Source: Chloroflexota bacterium
GTDB lineage: Bacteria; Chloroflexota; Limnocylindria; Limnocylindrales; CSP1-4
Direction of reading: 5' to 3'
Assembly: GCA_026004015.1 (NCBI GenBank)
Contig: BPIH01000001.1
Coordinates: 95,236-159,235, forward strand
DNA: 64,000 nucleotides
Both the position numbers and the translations under genes were made by a program. This document shows positions 43,302 to 53,543 of the stretch, piece by piece. The notes beneath the pieces are model-generated. The model was not told the DNA's origin, searched no databases, and saw nothing but the letters and a program-made list of their open reading frames with translations. Position 1 is the stretch's first letter, and each line of letters starts with the position of its first letter.

Positions 43302-46061
43302 ATGATCAGCCCGACGATGACGATCCTGCCCCGGCGCGCCGAGGACCGCGCCTCCGACGTCTACCGCCTCGGCCGCCATCCCCTCGACCCGATCTTCCGA
43401 CCCCGCTCGGTCGCCGTCGTCGGGGCGACCGAGAAGGAGGGGAGCGTCGGCCGGACCGTCCTCTGGAACCTCATCTCGAGCCCCTTCGGCGGCACCGTCT
43501 TCCCCGTCAACCCGAAGCGCTCGAGCGTCCTCGGCGTCAAGGCCTATCCGAACCTCGCCGCCGTCCCCGACCCCATCGACCTCGCCGTCATCGTCACCCC
43601 GGCCGAGACGGCACCGGGACTCATGGAGGAGTGTGCCGCCGCCGGCGTCCGGGGCGTGATCATCATCTCGGCCGGCTTCAAGGAGAGTCGGCCCGGCCGG
43701 GGCGGCCCTCGAAGCCCAGGTCCTCGAGATCGCCCGCCGGGCCCGGATCCGGGTCGTCGGCCCGAACTGCCTCGGGGTCATGAACCCGATCTCGGGCTTG
43801 AACGCGACCTTCGCCGCCGGGATGGCGAAGGCGGGCTCGGTCGGCTTCGTCAGCCAGTCGGGCGCCCTCCTGACCGCCGTCCTCGACTGGAGCGCCCGCG
43901 AGGGCGTCGGCTTCAGCTCCGTCGTCTCCCTCGGCTCGATGCTCGACGTCGGCTGGGGCGACGTCATCTACTACCTCGGCGACGACCCGCACACCGAGAG
44001 CATCGTCATCTACATGGAGACCATCGGCGACGCCCGCTCCTTCCTGTCGGCCGCCCGGGAGGTCGCCCTCACGAAGCCGATCATCGTCATCAAGCCCGGC
44101 CGGACGGCCGAGGCCGCCCGCGCCGCCGCCTCCCACACCGGCTCCCTCACCGGCTCGGACGAGGTCCTCGCCGCCGCCTTCCGCCGGGTCGGTGTCCTGC
44201 GCGTCGACCGGATCAGCGATCTCTTCGGGATGGCCGAGGTCCTCGCCAAGCAACCCCGCCCGGCCGGTCCGCGCCTGACGATCGTGACGAACGCCGGCGG
44301 ACCCGGGGTCATCGCCACCGACGCCCTCGTCGCCGGCGGCGGTCGGCTCGCCGAGCTCGCCCCGGAGACGATGGCCGCCCTCGACGCCGTCCTCCCGCCG
44401 ACCTGGAGCCACAACAACCCGATCGACATCATCGGCGACGCGCCGCCCGAGCGGTACGCGAAGGCCCTCGAGATCGCCGCCCGCGATCCCGGGCTCCGAC
44501 GGCCTCCTCGTCATCCTCACGCCCCAGGCGATGACCGACCCGACCCGGACGGCCGAGGCGCTGACGGCCTACGCCCGGATCGACGGCAAGCCCGTCCTCG
44601 CCTCCTGGATGGGCGGCGCCGAGGTGGAGGCCGGGGCGACCATCCTCCGGCGGGCCGGGATCCCGACCTTCGACTACCCGGACACGGCGGTCGAGATGTT
44701 CAACTACCTCTGGCGCTCGGCCCAGGATCTCCGAGCCCTCTACGAGACGCCGTCCTTGCCGGCCGACGACGAGCGGGTCGTCGACCGGGCCCGGGCGGCA
44801 GCGGTCATCGAGGCGGCCCGGGCGGAGGGGCGGACGCTCCTGACCGAAGTCGAATCGAAGGCGGTCCTCTCGGCCTACGGGATCCCGATCACCGAGACGC
44901 GGGTCGCCCGGACCGAGGAGGAGGCGGTGGCCGCGGCCGAGGCGATCGGCTACCCGGTCGTCGTCAAGCTCTACAGCCACACGATCACCCACAAGACCGA
45001 CGTCGGCGGGCGTCGTCCTCAACCTCCACGACGCCGCCGCCGTCCGGGCTGCCTACCGGCAGATCGAGGCGGCGGTGACCGAGCGCCGGGGCCGGGAGCA
45101 CTTCGAGGGGGTGACGGTCCAGCCGATGATCAACTACACCGGCTACGAGCTCATCCTCGGCTCGTCCATCGACGACCAGTTCGGGCCGGTCCTCCTCTTC
45201 GGGATGGGCGGCCAGCTCGTCGAGCTCTTCCGGGATCGCAGCCTCGGCCTGCCGCCGCTCAACACGACCCTCGCCCGGCGGATGATCGAGCGGACGACGA
45301 TCTCCAAGGCCTTCGCCGGGATCCGGGGCCGGCGGCCGATCGATCAGGCGGCCCTCGAGGAGCTCCTCGTCCGCTTCAGCCTCCTCGTCGTCGAGCAGCG
45401 CTGGATCCGGGAGATCGACATCAACCCGCTCCTCGCCTCACCCGAGCGGCTGATCGCTCTCGACGCCCGGATCGTCCTTCACGATCCGGGTGTGACCGAG
45501 GCGGAGCTGCCGCGCCTGGCGATCCGACCGTATCCGCGACAGTACGTCGGGACGTGGACGGCCGCCGACGGGACCGAGCTCGTCCTCCGCCCGATCCGGC
45601 CCGAGGACGAGCCGGCCATGGTCCGCTTCCACCAGGCCCTCTCGGAGGAGACGGTCTACGCCCGCTACTTCGCCCACCTCGGGCTGACGGAGCGGATCGC
45701 CCACGACCGGCTCGTCCGGATCTGCTTCAACGATTACGACCGCGAGATCGCCCTCGTCGCCGAACGCCGCGACCCGGCGACGGGTGAGTCGGAGATCGTG
45801 GCCGTCGGGCGGCTGTCCAAGGCGCATGCGGTGCCCGCCGCCGAGTTCGCGATCCTCGTCGCCGACCGCTGGCAGCGGCGGGGGATCGGGACCGAGTTGT
45901 TGCGGCGGCTGGTCGAGATCGCCCGGGCCGAGGGGCTGGAACGGATCTGTGCCGAGATGCTCAGCGACAACGTCGGGATGCGGCGGATCGCCGAGCGGGT
46001 CGGCTTCCGGATCGAGGAGCGGCCGGGCGACGGGACACTCCGCGCGGAGCTCCTTCTCTGA
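43302..46061 (+). CDS. Acetate-CoA ligase (ADP-forming)-family protein fused to a C-terminal GNAT domain (Pat/YfiQ-like); frameshifts near 43690, 44490 and 45010
   Basis: '[10 protein letters not shown]', 'GPNCLG', 'SQSGA', 'SHTGSL', 'TNAGGPGV', 'HKTDVGG', 'DINPLL', and GNAT 'WQRRGIG'. Confidence 0.9.
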
Positions 46062-46140
46062 TCGAGGTGTCCCAGACCTCGCCGACGCCCCGAGCCCTGG
46101 TACGCCGGGCGGATCGGGGGTCCCTCCGCTACGTCGCGCC

Positions 46141-46517
46141 GTGTCGCCCTGGCCGAACAACACGCTCTTGCCTGAGCCCCCGGAGCCGTCCGCGTCGCCC
46201 AGAGCGAACACCTCGCGGTTCGCACTCGCCCGTGCGCTTGCCGTGTCGCTGTCAGCGAACATCACGTGGCTCCGCGCACCCTGGCCGCCGCCCACGTCGC
46301 CCACAGCGAACACTACGCGGGTCCTTCACCGGGCGAGGCGCGTACTGTTCGGCCATAGCGACGCGCGGGGCGGCCACCGGGCCGTCGGGCCCGTACTGTT
46401 CGGCCATAGCGACGCGCCGTGCAACCGGGAGCGCCGGATCCCCGAGATGTTCGGTCTGAGCGACGCGGCGAGCGGTCGGCGAGCCCGGATAGCGGTTCCG
46501 GTCGGCCCGAGCGACGT
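46141..46517. repeat. 51-bp-period array B: 4 forward + 4 inverted degenerate 23-bp repeats
   Basis: Forward repeats start at 46141, 46192, 46243 and 46294 (e.g. acgtcgcccacagcgaacactac). Inverted repeats start at 46342, 46393, 46444 and 46495 (e.g. gtactgttcggccatagcgacgc). Confidence 0.9.
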
Positions 46518-46656
46518 TCGTGCCACCCTCCCGCCCATCGACCGCGTTCGTTCGCCCGCCGATGGCTCGGGGCGACGGTGCCGCCGATCGGGCGTCCTGG
46601 TCGCCAGGCCGGCGCCTCGGCCAACTTCCCCTGGTCGGGACGACGGGCGCGCCGGC

Positions 46657-49203
46657 CTACCCCCGGACGACGACGTTGACGAGCCGCCCGTTGGCGGCGT
46701 GGATGATCCGCTCCGGTTGGCGGCCGCCGAGCAGCGCCGCGATCTTCGGGCGGGCGAGGACGAGCGCCTCGAGCTCCTCTCGGGAGATCCCGACCGGCAC
46801 CTCGATCCGGTCCCGGAGCTTGCCGTTCACCTGGATCGGCACCTCCCGCGTCTCCTCCGCCGCGGCCGCCTCGTCGACGGCCGGCCAGCGCTCGGTGTGG
46901 ATCGAGCGCCAGGCTTCGCCGCGCTCGGCGAGCCGCCGGCTCCAGAGCTCCTCGGTGATGTGCGGCGCCGATGGTGCAAGCATGAGGAGGAGGAGGTCGA
47001 TCGCCTCGTTCCAGGCGGGACCTCCGGCGACGACCGTTCCCCGGTACCGGAAGAGCGTGTTCGTCAGCTCCATGAGCTTGGCGACCATCGTGTTGAAGCG
47101 GAACGCCTCGTAATCCGCCGTCACCTCGCGAAGCGTCCGGTGGGCGGCCCGGCGGAGCGTCGCCGACGCCTTCGCCTCGTCCTCGCCCCCCGGCAGTCGG
47201 CCGGCCTCCGGATCGCCGGGCTCCGTCCCGCCCGGATCGAGGACGAGGGTCCAGACCCGGCGGAGGAACCGATGGACGCCCTCGATCCCGGTCGGGCTCC
47301 AGGGGCCGCCCTGGTCCCACGGCCCCATGAACATGAGGAAGAGCCGGACCGTGTCGGCGCCGTAGCGGGCCACGTAGTCGTCGGGGTCCTCGACGTTGCC
47401 GCGGCTCTTGCTCATCCGCTCGCCGTCGGCGCCGAGGATCTGGCCCTGGTTGAAGAGCCGCTTGAAGGGCTCCCGCTCGCCGACGAGCCCCAGATCGGCG
47501 AGGGCCTTCGTGAAGAAGCGGGCGTAGAGGAGGTGCATGACGGCGTGCTCGGCGCCGCCCGTGTACTGGTCGACGGGGCACCAGCGGTCGACGAGGGCCC
47601 GATCGAGGGGACCGTCGCCCTTCTTCGGCGACAGGTAGCGGTACCAGTACCAGGACGAATCGATGAAGGTGTCCATCGTGTCCGTCTCGCGGCGAGCCGG
47701 GCCACCGCAGCGCGGGCAGTCGACGTTCAGGAAGGCCGGGTCCCGCTTCAGCGGGTTGTCGCCGCGGCCCCGGTAGTCGACCTGCTCGGGGAGGAGGACC
47801 GGGAGATCCTCGTCGGGGACCGGCACGATGCCGTCGCGCTCGCAGTAGATGATCGGGATCGGCGTTCCCCAGTAGCGCTGGCGGCTGATGAGCCAGTCCC
47901 GGAGCCGGTACGTCACGGCCGGCCGGGCCCGGCCCGTCTCGCCGAGCCAGGCGACGATCGCCCGACCCCCGTCGTCGGCCGGCTGGCCGCTGAAGGGCCC
48001 CGAGTTCACGAGCCGCTCATCGCCGCCGTGGGCGACGAAGGCCTCGGTCAGTGGCGCATCCTCGGTCCCGGGCGCGGCCACGACCCGCCGGATCGGCAGC
48101 CCGTACCGAACGGCGAAGGCGAAGTCGCGCTCGTCGTGGGCCGGGACGCCCATGATCGCCCCGGTCCCGTAGCCCAGGAGGACGTAGTCGGCGATGAAGA
48201 TCGGGATCCGCTCGCCGGTGGCCGGGTTGACGGCGTCGGCCCCGATCGGAACGCCGGTCTTCTCCCGCTCCGTCGATAGCCGCTCGATCTCCGTCTCGGC
48301 CCGGGCTCGGGCGACGTAGGCCTCGACCTCGGTCCGCCGATCAGGGGCAGTGATCTCGGCGACGAGGGGATGCTCCGGGGCGAGGACCATGAAGGTCGCC
48401 CCGAAGAGGGTGTCCGGGCGGGTCGTGAAGACGCGAATTGGGGCGCCGCCCGGGTGGTGGTCGCTGGGCGCCGTCTCGAAGACGATCTCGGCCCCCTCGG
48501 AGCGGCCGATCCAGTTCGCCTGCATGACTCGGATCGGCTCCGGCCAGTCGATGCCCGAGAAGTCGAGGAGCTCGTCGGCGTACTTCGTGATCCGCAGGAA
48601 CCACTGCTCGAGGTCGCGCTTCTCGACCCGAGCGCCGCAGCGCCAGCAGCGTCGCTCGGCCCCCTCGACCTGCTCTCGGGCGAGGGTCCCGTCGTTCGGG
48701 CACCAGTCGACGGCGGCCATGGCCCGGTAAGCGAGACCGGCTTCGTAGAAGCGGAGGAAGAACCACTGGTTCCAGCGGTAGTACTCGGGATCGCAGGTTA
48801 CGACCTCGTGCTCCCAGTCGAAGGTCGCCCCCATGCTCCGGAGCTGGCGCCGCATGTTCTCGATGTTCCGCATCGTCCAGGTTGCCGGATGGATCCCGGA
48901 GCGGATGGCGGCGTTCTCGGCCGGCAGTCCGAAGGCGTCGAAGCCGATCGGGAAGAAGACGTTGTAGCCGTGCATCCGCCGGAAGCGGGCGAGGGCGTCG
49001 GTCGGGGTCTTGATGTACCAGTGCCCGATGTGAAGGTCGCCTGACGGGTACGGGTACATCGTCAGGAGGTAGTACTTCGGCCGGCTCGTGTCGGCGAGGT
49101 CGGTCCGGTAGAGGCCGAGCTCGGCCCAGCGAGCCTGCCAGCGCGGCTCGATCTCGGCCGGGTCGTAGCGCTCGGTGCGGATGCGGTCGCGGATCGTCGT
49201 CAC
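46657..49203 (-). CDS. leuS: Leucine--tRNA ligase
   Basis: 'YPYPSGDLHIGH', 'DAFGLPAENAA', 'FTTRPDT', 'DWLISRQRYWG', 'RMSKS', 'QVNGKLR'. Confidence 0.98.
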   Translation of the reverse strand: MTTIRDRIRTERYDPAEIEPRWQARWAELGLYRTDLADTSRPKYYLLTMYPYPSGDLHIGHWYIKTPTDALARFRRMHGYNVFFPIGFDAFGLPAENAAIRSGIHPATWTMRNIENMRRQLRSMGATFDWEHEVVTCDPEYYRWNQWFFLRFYEAGLAYRAMAAVDWCPNDGTLAREQVEGAERRCWRCGARVEKRDLEQWFLRITKYADELLDFSGIDWPEPIRVMQANWIGRSEGAEIVFETAPSDHHPGGAPIRVFTTRPDTLFGATFMVLAPEHPLVAEITAPDRRTEVEAYVARARAETEIERLSTEREKTGVPIGADAVNPATGERIPIFIADYVLLGYGTGAIMGVPAHDERDFAFAVRYGLPIRRVVAAPGTEDAPLTEAFVAHGGDERLVNSGPFSGQPADDGGRAIVAWLGETGRARPAVTYRLRDWLISRQRYWGTPIPIIYCERDGIVPVPDEDLPVLLPEQVDYRGRGDNPLKRDPAFLNVDCPRCGGPARRETDTMDTFIDSSWYWYRYLSPKKGDGPLDRALVDRWCPVDQYTGGAEHAVMHLLYARFFTKALADLGLVGEREPFKRLFNQGQILGADGERMSKSRGNVEDPDDYVARYGADTVRLFLMFMGPWDQGGPWSPTGIEGVHRFLRRVWTLVLDPGGTEPGDPEAGRLPGGEDEAKASATLRRAAHRTLREVTADYEAFRFNTMVAKLMELTNTLFRYRGTVVAGGPAWNEAIDLLLLMLAPSAPHITEELWSRRLAERGEAWRSIHTERWPAVDEAAAAEETREVPIQVNGKLRDRIEVPVGISREELEALVLARPKIAALLGGRQPERIIHAANGRLVNVVVRG

Positions 49204-49254
49204 GGCGATGGGCTGCCTTTCACCCCGAACCGGTGGTCTCGACGGGATCGCCCT

Positions 49255-49286
49255 ACGAAGAACCCCCCGCCGAACCGGCGAGGGGT
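49255..49286 (-). terminator. Hairpin downstream of tRNA-Ala(GGC), probable terminator
   Basis: Minus strand ACCCCTCGCCG-GTT-CGGCGGGGGGT followed by TCTT. Confidence 0.5.
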
Positions 49287-49311
49287 CGTGTGGTCGGCGC
49301 GATCAGGGCGT

Positions 49312-49387
49312 TGGTGGAGCTACGGGGATTCGAACCCCGGACCTTCTGAATGCCATTCAGACGCTCTCCCAGCTGAGCTATAGCCCC
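49312..49387 (-). tRNA. tRNA-Ala(GGC)
   Basis: GGGGCTATAGCTCAGCTGGGAGAGC...TCTGA-ATGGCAT-TCAGA...TTCGAAT...CTCCACCA; 76 nt. TATACT -10 lies upstream. Confidence 0.97.
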
Positions 49388-49399
49388 ACGCCGGATGCG

Positions 49400-49670
49400 A
49401 GAGTATAGCGTACCCGAGGCCGCGAGGACGCCTCATGCGAGGTGCGGCGGGACCTACGGCTCGAGGCGCGGTCCCGGCGGCCGGGGACGGTCTCGCTGCC
49501 GCGACGAGGACGAGCTCGTCGCAGCCCGGGCAGGCGTAGAGCTCGGCGCCCGCCGCGAGGGCCCGCTCGACGTCGTGATCGACGGGGCTGTGATGTGCCC
49601 GCCGCTCCATCCGTTCGCGTCGGTCGCCGTGGAGGTGGAAGAGCTCGAGGGAGAGGAGGGGGTTGATCAC
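49400..49670 (-). CDS. Small hypothetical protein with a CxxC motif (3' end uncertain)
   Basis: AGGAG RBS + GTG; 'HSPVDHDVER...YACPGCDELV'. The ORF runs into the tRNA, so the true stop was probably lost to an indel. Confidence 0.5.
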
Positions 49671-49829
49671 GGTCGTCTCCTTGGCGGGCCGTCGGAGCCG
49701 GAGGGGCGCGTCCGGCCGTTCCGAGGCCGCTCATCGCCGGGACTGTAGCGCACCGGGCTGATCGCGAGGCCACGGTGCTCGGGCGTCGGCGAAGCGCCAC
49801 CGAGACCGAACGGGGCGCCGGATGGCACC

Positions 49830-50667
49830 ATGTCCGCCATGGCCCCCGAAGCAGCGCACCGGCTCGCCGAACCTGAGCCGGCGGTCCGGTTCCGTACCTC
49901 CTCCGCCGGACCAAGCGCGCCCGCGGCCTCCGGGCGACCATCGACCCGCGCCTCGGGCTCGTCGTCAGTCGTCCCGCCCCCGAGCCGCCGCGGCTGGGCG
50001 GACCCCGGACCCCCTCGTCGACGCGTTCCTCCGGGAGCCGCGAGGCCTGGCTCCGGCGCCACCTCGCCCGGCGGCGCGCCTTGCTGGCCGCCGTCGGCGA
50101 GCGAGGCGTCGTCCGCGACGGCGGCCTCCTCCGCTTCCGCGGGACGTTGCACCGCCTCCGGATCGAAGCGGGCGACGCGCCCCGAACGACGATCGAGCTC
50201 GATCCCGAGTCGCGCCGGCGACGCTGCGGACGGCGGGACCCTCCGGCTCCGAGTCTGGCGGCTGCGCGATCGCCGGACGCCGGCCGACGTCCTCCGCGAC
50301 TGGTGCCGCTGCGAGGCGCGCCGCGCCGTCGAACGGCGCCGTCGAGGACCACCGGGCTCGGCCCTCGCCGTGATCCCCTCGGGCGATCTCGATCCGCGAT
50401 CCCTCGGACCCGCTGGGGGAGTGCCTCCCGGCAGGGCCGCCTCTCGTTCTCGTGGCGCCTCGTCCTCGCCCCGCCGCCGAAGCCCTCGAGACGGTCGTCG
50501 TCCACGAGCTCGCCCACCTCCGAGTCTTCGGCCACGGCCCGGCCTTCTGGTCCCTCGTCGCGTCGCGCCGACCGGACCACGCCGTCTGGCGGCGCTGGCT
50601 CCGCGACCACGCCCTCGAGCTCCACCTCGCCCTCGACGAATCGGCTCGGCCGTCTCGGGCGCACTGA
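49830..50667 (+). CDS. YgjP/DUF45-like (M48/SprT) zinc-dependent hydrolase; multiple frameshifts
   Basis: 'RTRWGSAS...LSFSWRLVLAP', 'VVVHELAHL', 'HGPAFW'. Confidence 0.82.
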
Positions 50668-50752
50668 CGATGGGACGCCCGCGGATGGGGGCCGGGTTCA
50701 GCGGTCGATGGGGAGGGCGTTCAGCGGCCGATGGGGATGCGTGCCGGAGACG

Positions 50753-50837
50753 TGGTGGGCCGGGGAGGAATCGAACCTCCACAGCCAGAGGCGAGGGTTT
50801 TACAGACCCTTGGGCTCACCACCTGCCCAACCGACCC
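50753..50837 (-). tRNA. tRNA-Tyr(GTA)
   Basis: GGGTCGG...AGGGT-CTGTAAA-ACCCT, long variable arm, GGAGG-TTCGATT-CCTCC, CCGGCCC-ACCA; 85 nt. Confidence 0.93.
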
Positions 50838-50855
50838 ACGGTCCGGCACGGGAAC

Positions 50856-50931
50856 TGGTGGAGATGAGGGGACTCGAACCCCTGACCCCCGCGATGCGAA
50901 CGCGGTGCTCTCCCAGCTGAGCTACATCCCC
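50856..50931 (-). tRNA. tRNA-Ala(CGC)
   Basis: GGGGATGTAGCTCAG...CCGCG-TTCGCAT-CGCGG...TTCGAGT...CATCTCCACCA; G3:U70 pair; 76 nt. Confidence 0.96.
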
Positions 50932-51555
50932 ACCGACGGGCGCGTGCGCTCGGGCATCGCGACCAGCGGGAGAGTGTAGCACGGGGTCGGATCGAGCCGA
51001 ATCGGCCTGTCGGTGCTCCATGGGCGTGGTGCCGGCGTCGTCTCGCCCGGCCGGCCCCCGCCGATCGCGGACCTGCGGCTCGGGGAGGAGCCGTCGGCGA
51101 CCGGCTCGCCCCGCCCCGACCCGCCGGCGACCGGCTCGCCCCGCCCGATCCCGCCGGGTCCGCCTGTCGATCTCGTGACCGAGGCCTAGGGCGCACGCTT
51201 TCCGGCAGGCCCCGTGACCGTGGCCCACACCTCCGCCCTCGGCCGGGCCGCGGCGGGCCGCGGAGGGCCCGTCCCCGGCGTCCCTCGACCGGCCGTGCCG
51301 GTCGCTCAGCGCCCCGTCTTGCCCGAGCCGTGCCCCCCAGCGCACCGAATCGTAGGGCCGGCCCGCCGGGCGGCCCCGGTGCCAACCAAGATGTGCGTGG
51401 GGTGCACGCCCGAGCCGGGACGGCCCGTCACCGACCGTCACCCACCCTCACCGGCCGCCACCGGCCGCTCGACCCGAACTGGGCGGCCGAGGCGGCCCGT
51501 CGCACCGCTCGCATCCACCCCCTCGGCCCGTCGCCCCGGCCGTAGACTGGCGCCG

Positions 51556-52482
51556 ATGCCGGCTGGACTACTGAACGGCCTCGGGGCGGCGCTCGCCTGG
51601 GGACTGACCGACGTGACGAGCGCCCTCGCCGGTCGGCGCATCGGGAGCCTGGCCGTCCTCGTCGTCGCCCAGCTGGCGAGCCTCGCCTTCCTCCTCGCCC
51701 TCGCCATCGCTGACCCTGCCCGCCTCGTCTTCCGACCGGACACCGTCGTCCTGTCGGCCGCCCTCGGCCTCCTCTCGTCGGTCGCCTACCTCACCCACTT
51801 CACGGCCCTCCGGATCGGGCCGGTCGCCGTCGTCAGCCCCGTCGTCGGAGCGTACGGAGGGATGACCGTCGTCCTCGCCGTCCTCCTGCGCGGCGAGACC
51901 CTCGTTCCCGAGCAGTGGCTCGGGGCCGCCCTCGCCACCATCGGTGTCGTCCTGACCGGGGTCGTCTTCACCGGCGGCATCCGGCGGGCGCGGCTCTTCG
52001 GCCCGGGCGTTCTCCTCGCCATCGTCTCGCTGACGATCTGGGCCTTCGTGTCGGTCGGCCTCGCCGATCCCATCCGGACCGTCGGCTGGCTGCCGGTCAT
52101 CCTCGTCTCCCGACTGGCGAACAGCGCGACCTCCCTTCTCGTCTATGGCTACGCCAGTCGCCGGGAGACGGCTCGCCTGGGGCCGCTCCTCCGGGCCGCC
52201 CTCGTCCGGGCGGATGGCTCACGGGCCGAGGACGGTGGCACCGATGGCCGGGGTCTCCTGGCGGCTGCCGCGGCCGGACTCGTCGACGCCATCGGGTTCG
52301 TCGTCTTCGCCATCGGGATCGAGTTCGCCCCGGTCTGGCTCGTCGGGCTCGCCAGCTCCTTCGGACCCGCGGTGGCGGTCGTCGTCGCCGTCGGCTTCCT
52401 CGGTGAGCGCCTCCGGCCCATCCAGTGGCTCGGCCTCCTGGCCATCGGCGCCGGGATGGTCCTCATCGGCCTCCCGCACTGA
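51556..52482 (+). CDS. EamA/DMT-family transporter
   Basis: About ten TM segments, 'ALRIGPVAVVSP', 'FLGERL'. TAGACT -10 lies 7 nt before the ATG. Confidence 0.88.
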   Translation: MPAGLLNGLGAALAWGLTDVTSALAGRRIGSLAVLVVAQLASLAFLLALAIADPARLVFRPDTVVLSAALGLLSSVAYLTHFTALRIGPVAVVSPVVGAYGGMTVVLAVLLRGETLVPEQWLGAALATIGVVLTGVVFTGGIRRARLFGPGVLLAIVSLTIWAFVSVGLADPIRTVGWLPVILVSRLANSATSLLVYGYASRRETARLGPLLRAALVRADGSRAEDGGTDGRGLLAAAAAGLVDAIGFVVFAIGIEFAPVWLVGLASSFGPAVAVVVAVGFLGERLRPIQWLGLLAIGAGMVLIGLPH

Positions 52483-52580
52483 GCGAACCATCGCCGACGC
52501 CACCGCCCCAGGCCCTCGTCGAGGTGCCGACGAGCCGCCCGGGCGACCACACGGACGGACAGCCGAGGGCCACGAGACTC

Positions 52581-52609
52581 TTGACAGATAGAACAGATGT
52601 TCGAATAAT
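52581..52609 (+). promoter_or_regulatory. LexA (SOS) box inside the imuA promoter
   Basis: TTGACA, 17 nt, AATAAT, with AGAAC-AGAT-GTTCG in the spacer (Gram-positive/Chloroflexota-type GAAC-N4-GTTC). Confidence 0.9.
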
Positions 52610-52615
52610 GGGGCC

Positions 52616-53543
52616 ATGTCCTCCCTCCCCTCCGCCGTCGCCGACGTCCTCCTCTCCCTCGAACGGCGCTGGGGTCGAGCGGCGCCTCGGCCCGGGATCG
52701 AACGCTTCGGGGAGATCGAGGGAGCCCTCGCCGTTCTGCCCGCCGCCCGAGCGGACCCCGGCTCGGCTCCTGTTCCCCAGGGCGCCGAGCGGATCGTGCC
52801 GAGCGGGTTCGCGGCCATCGACGCCATCCTCGGCCCCGGGGGCGTGCCCCTGGGCGGTGGCCTGGCCGTCCGCGGGGTCGGGACGAGCGGTGCGACAACC
52901 GTCGCTCTTCGCCTCGCCGCCGAGGTCCAGCGGGCCGGCGGGATCGTCGGCTGGCTGGACGGCTCGAGGAGCCTCGATCCGGTCGAGGCCGCCGCCCGAG
53001 GGGTGCGCCTCGAAGAGCTCGTCGTCCTCGTCCCGGCCGCCGTCGACGAGGCCCTCGCCCTCGCCGGTGCTCTCCTTCGCGCTCGCCTCGTCGACCTCCT
53101 CGTCCTCGATCTCGACCCCGCTCCCGACGAGGGTCGGAAAGGGCGTCGCGCCCGGGCGGCCCTCCTCGCCGACCGGATCGGTCGCCTGACGGCCCTCGCC
53201 CGCCGCTCGGGCGGTCTCCTCGTCGTCCTCGAGCCCGCAGGTTCGGAGAACCGGGGAGCGATCCGACGGGAGGCGTTCGAAGCCGGCCTCGGTCTCCGGC
53301 TCGAGCTCGCCCGGCGGTCGTGGATCCGGCTCGGGCGGGACGTCGTCGGCCAGCGGACGGAGGTCGTCGTCACCCGGAACCGGTTCGGGCCGGCGGGACG
53401 TCGGGCCGAGATCGAGATCCTCTACGCCGAGGGCGGACCGCGGGACGCCTGCCTCGGCCGAAGGGAGCTCCTCGAGGCGGTCGACCTCCCGATCCATCCG
53501 GTGACGCGCGAGCCACCGCTGTCTCTCGAGCCTCCACCCTGCC
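52616..53543 (+). CDS. imuA: ImuA-like (RecA-fold) protein; as assembled, reads in frame into imuB
   Basis: 'PSGFAAIDAILGPGGVP', degenerate Walker A 'GTSGATT', 'WLDGSRSLDP..AAARGV', 'LLVLD', 'VVTRNRFG'. End is approximate. Confidence 0.75.

Noticed and set aside
49204-49311. T-box riboswitch upstream of leuS
   Set aside because: The region is too short (~108 nt after the tRNA) and has no TGGNACC T-box sequence; only hairpins are visible.
51096-51155. 30-bp tandem duplication; also ~21-bp repeats at 42070-42130
   Set aside because: Short GC-rich slippage repeats with only two or three copies and no other supporting structure.
49312-51550. Integrated element or prophage at the tRNA genes
   Set aside because: No integrase and no separate tRNA 3'-end duplication. 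The two tRNA-Ala genes are complete isoacceptors with different anticodons.
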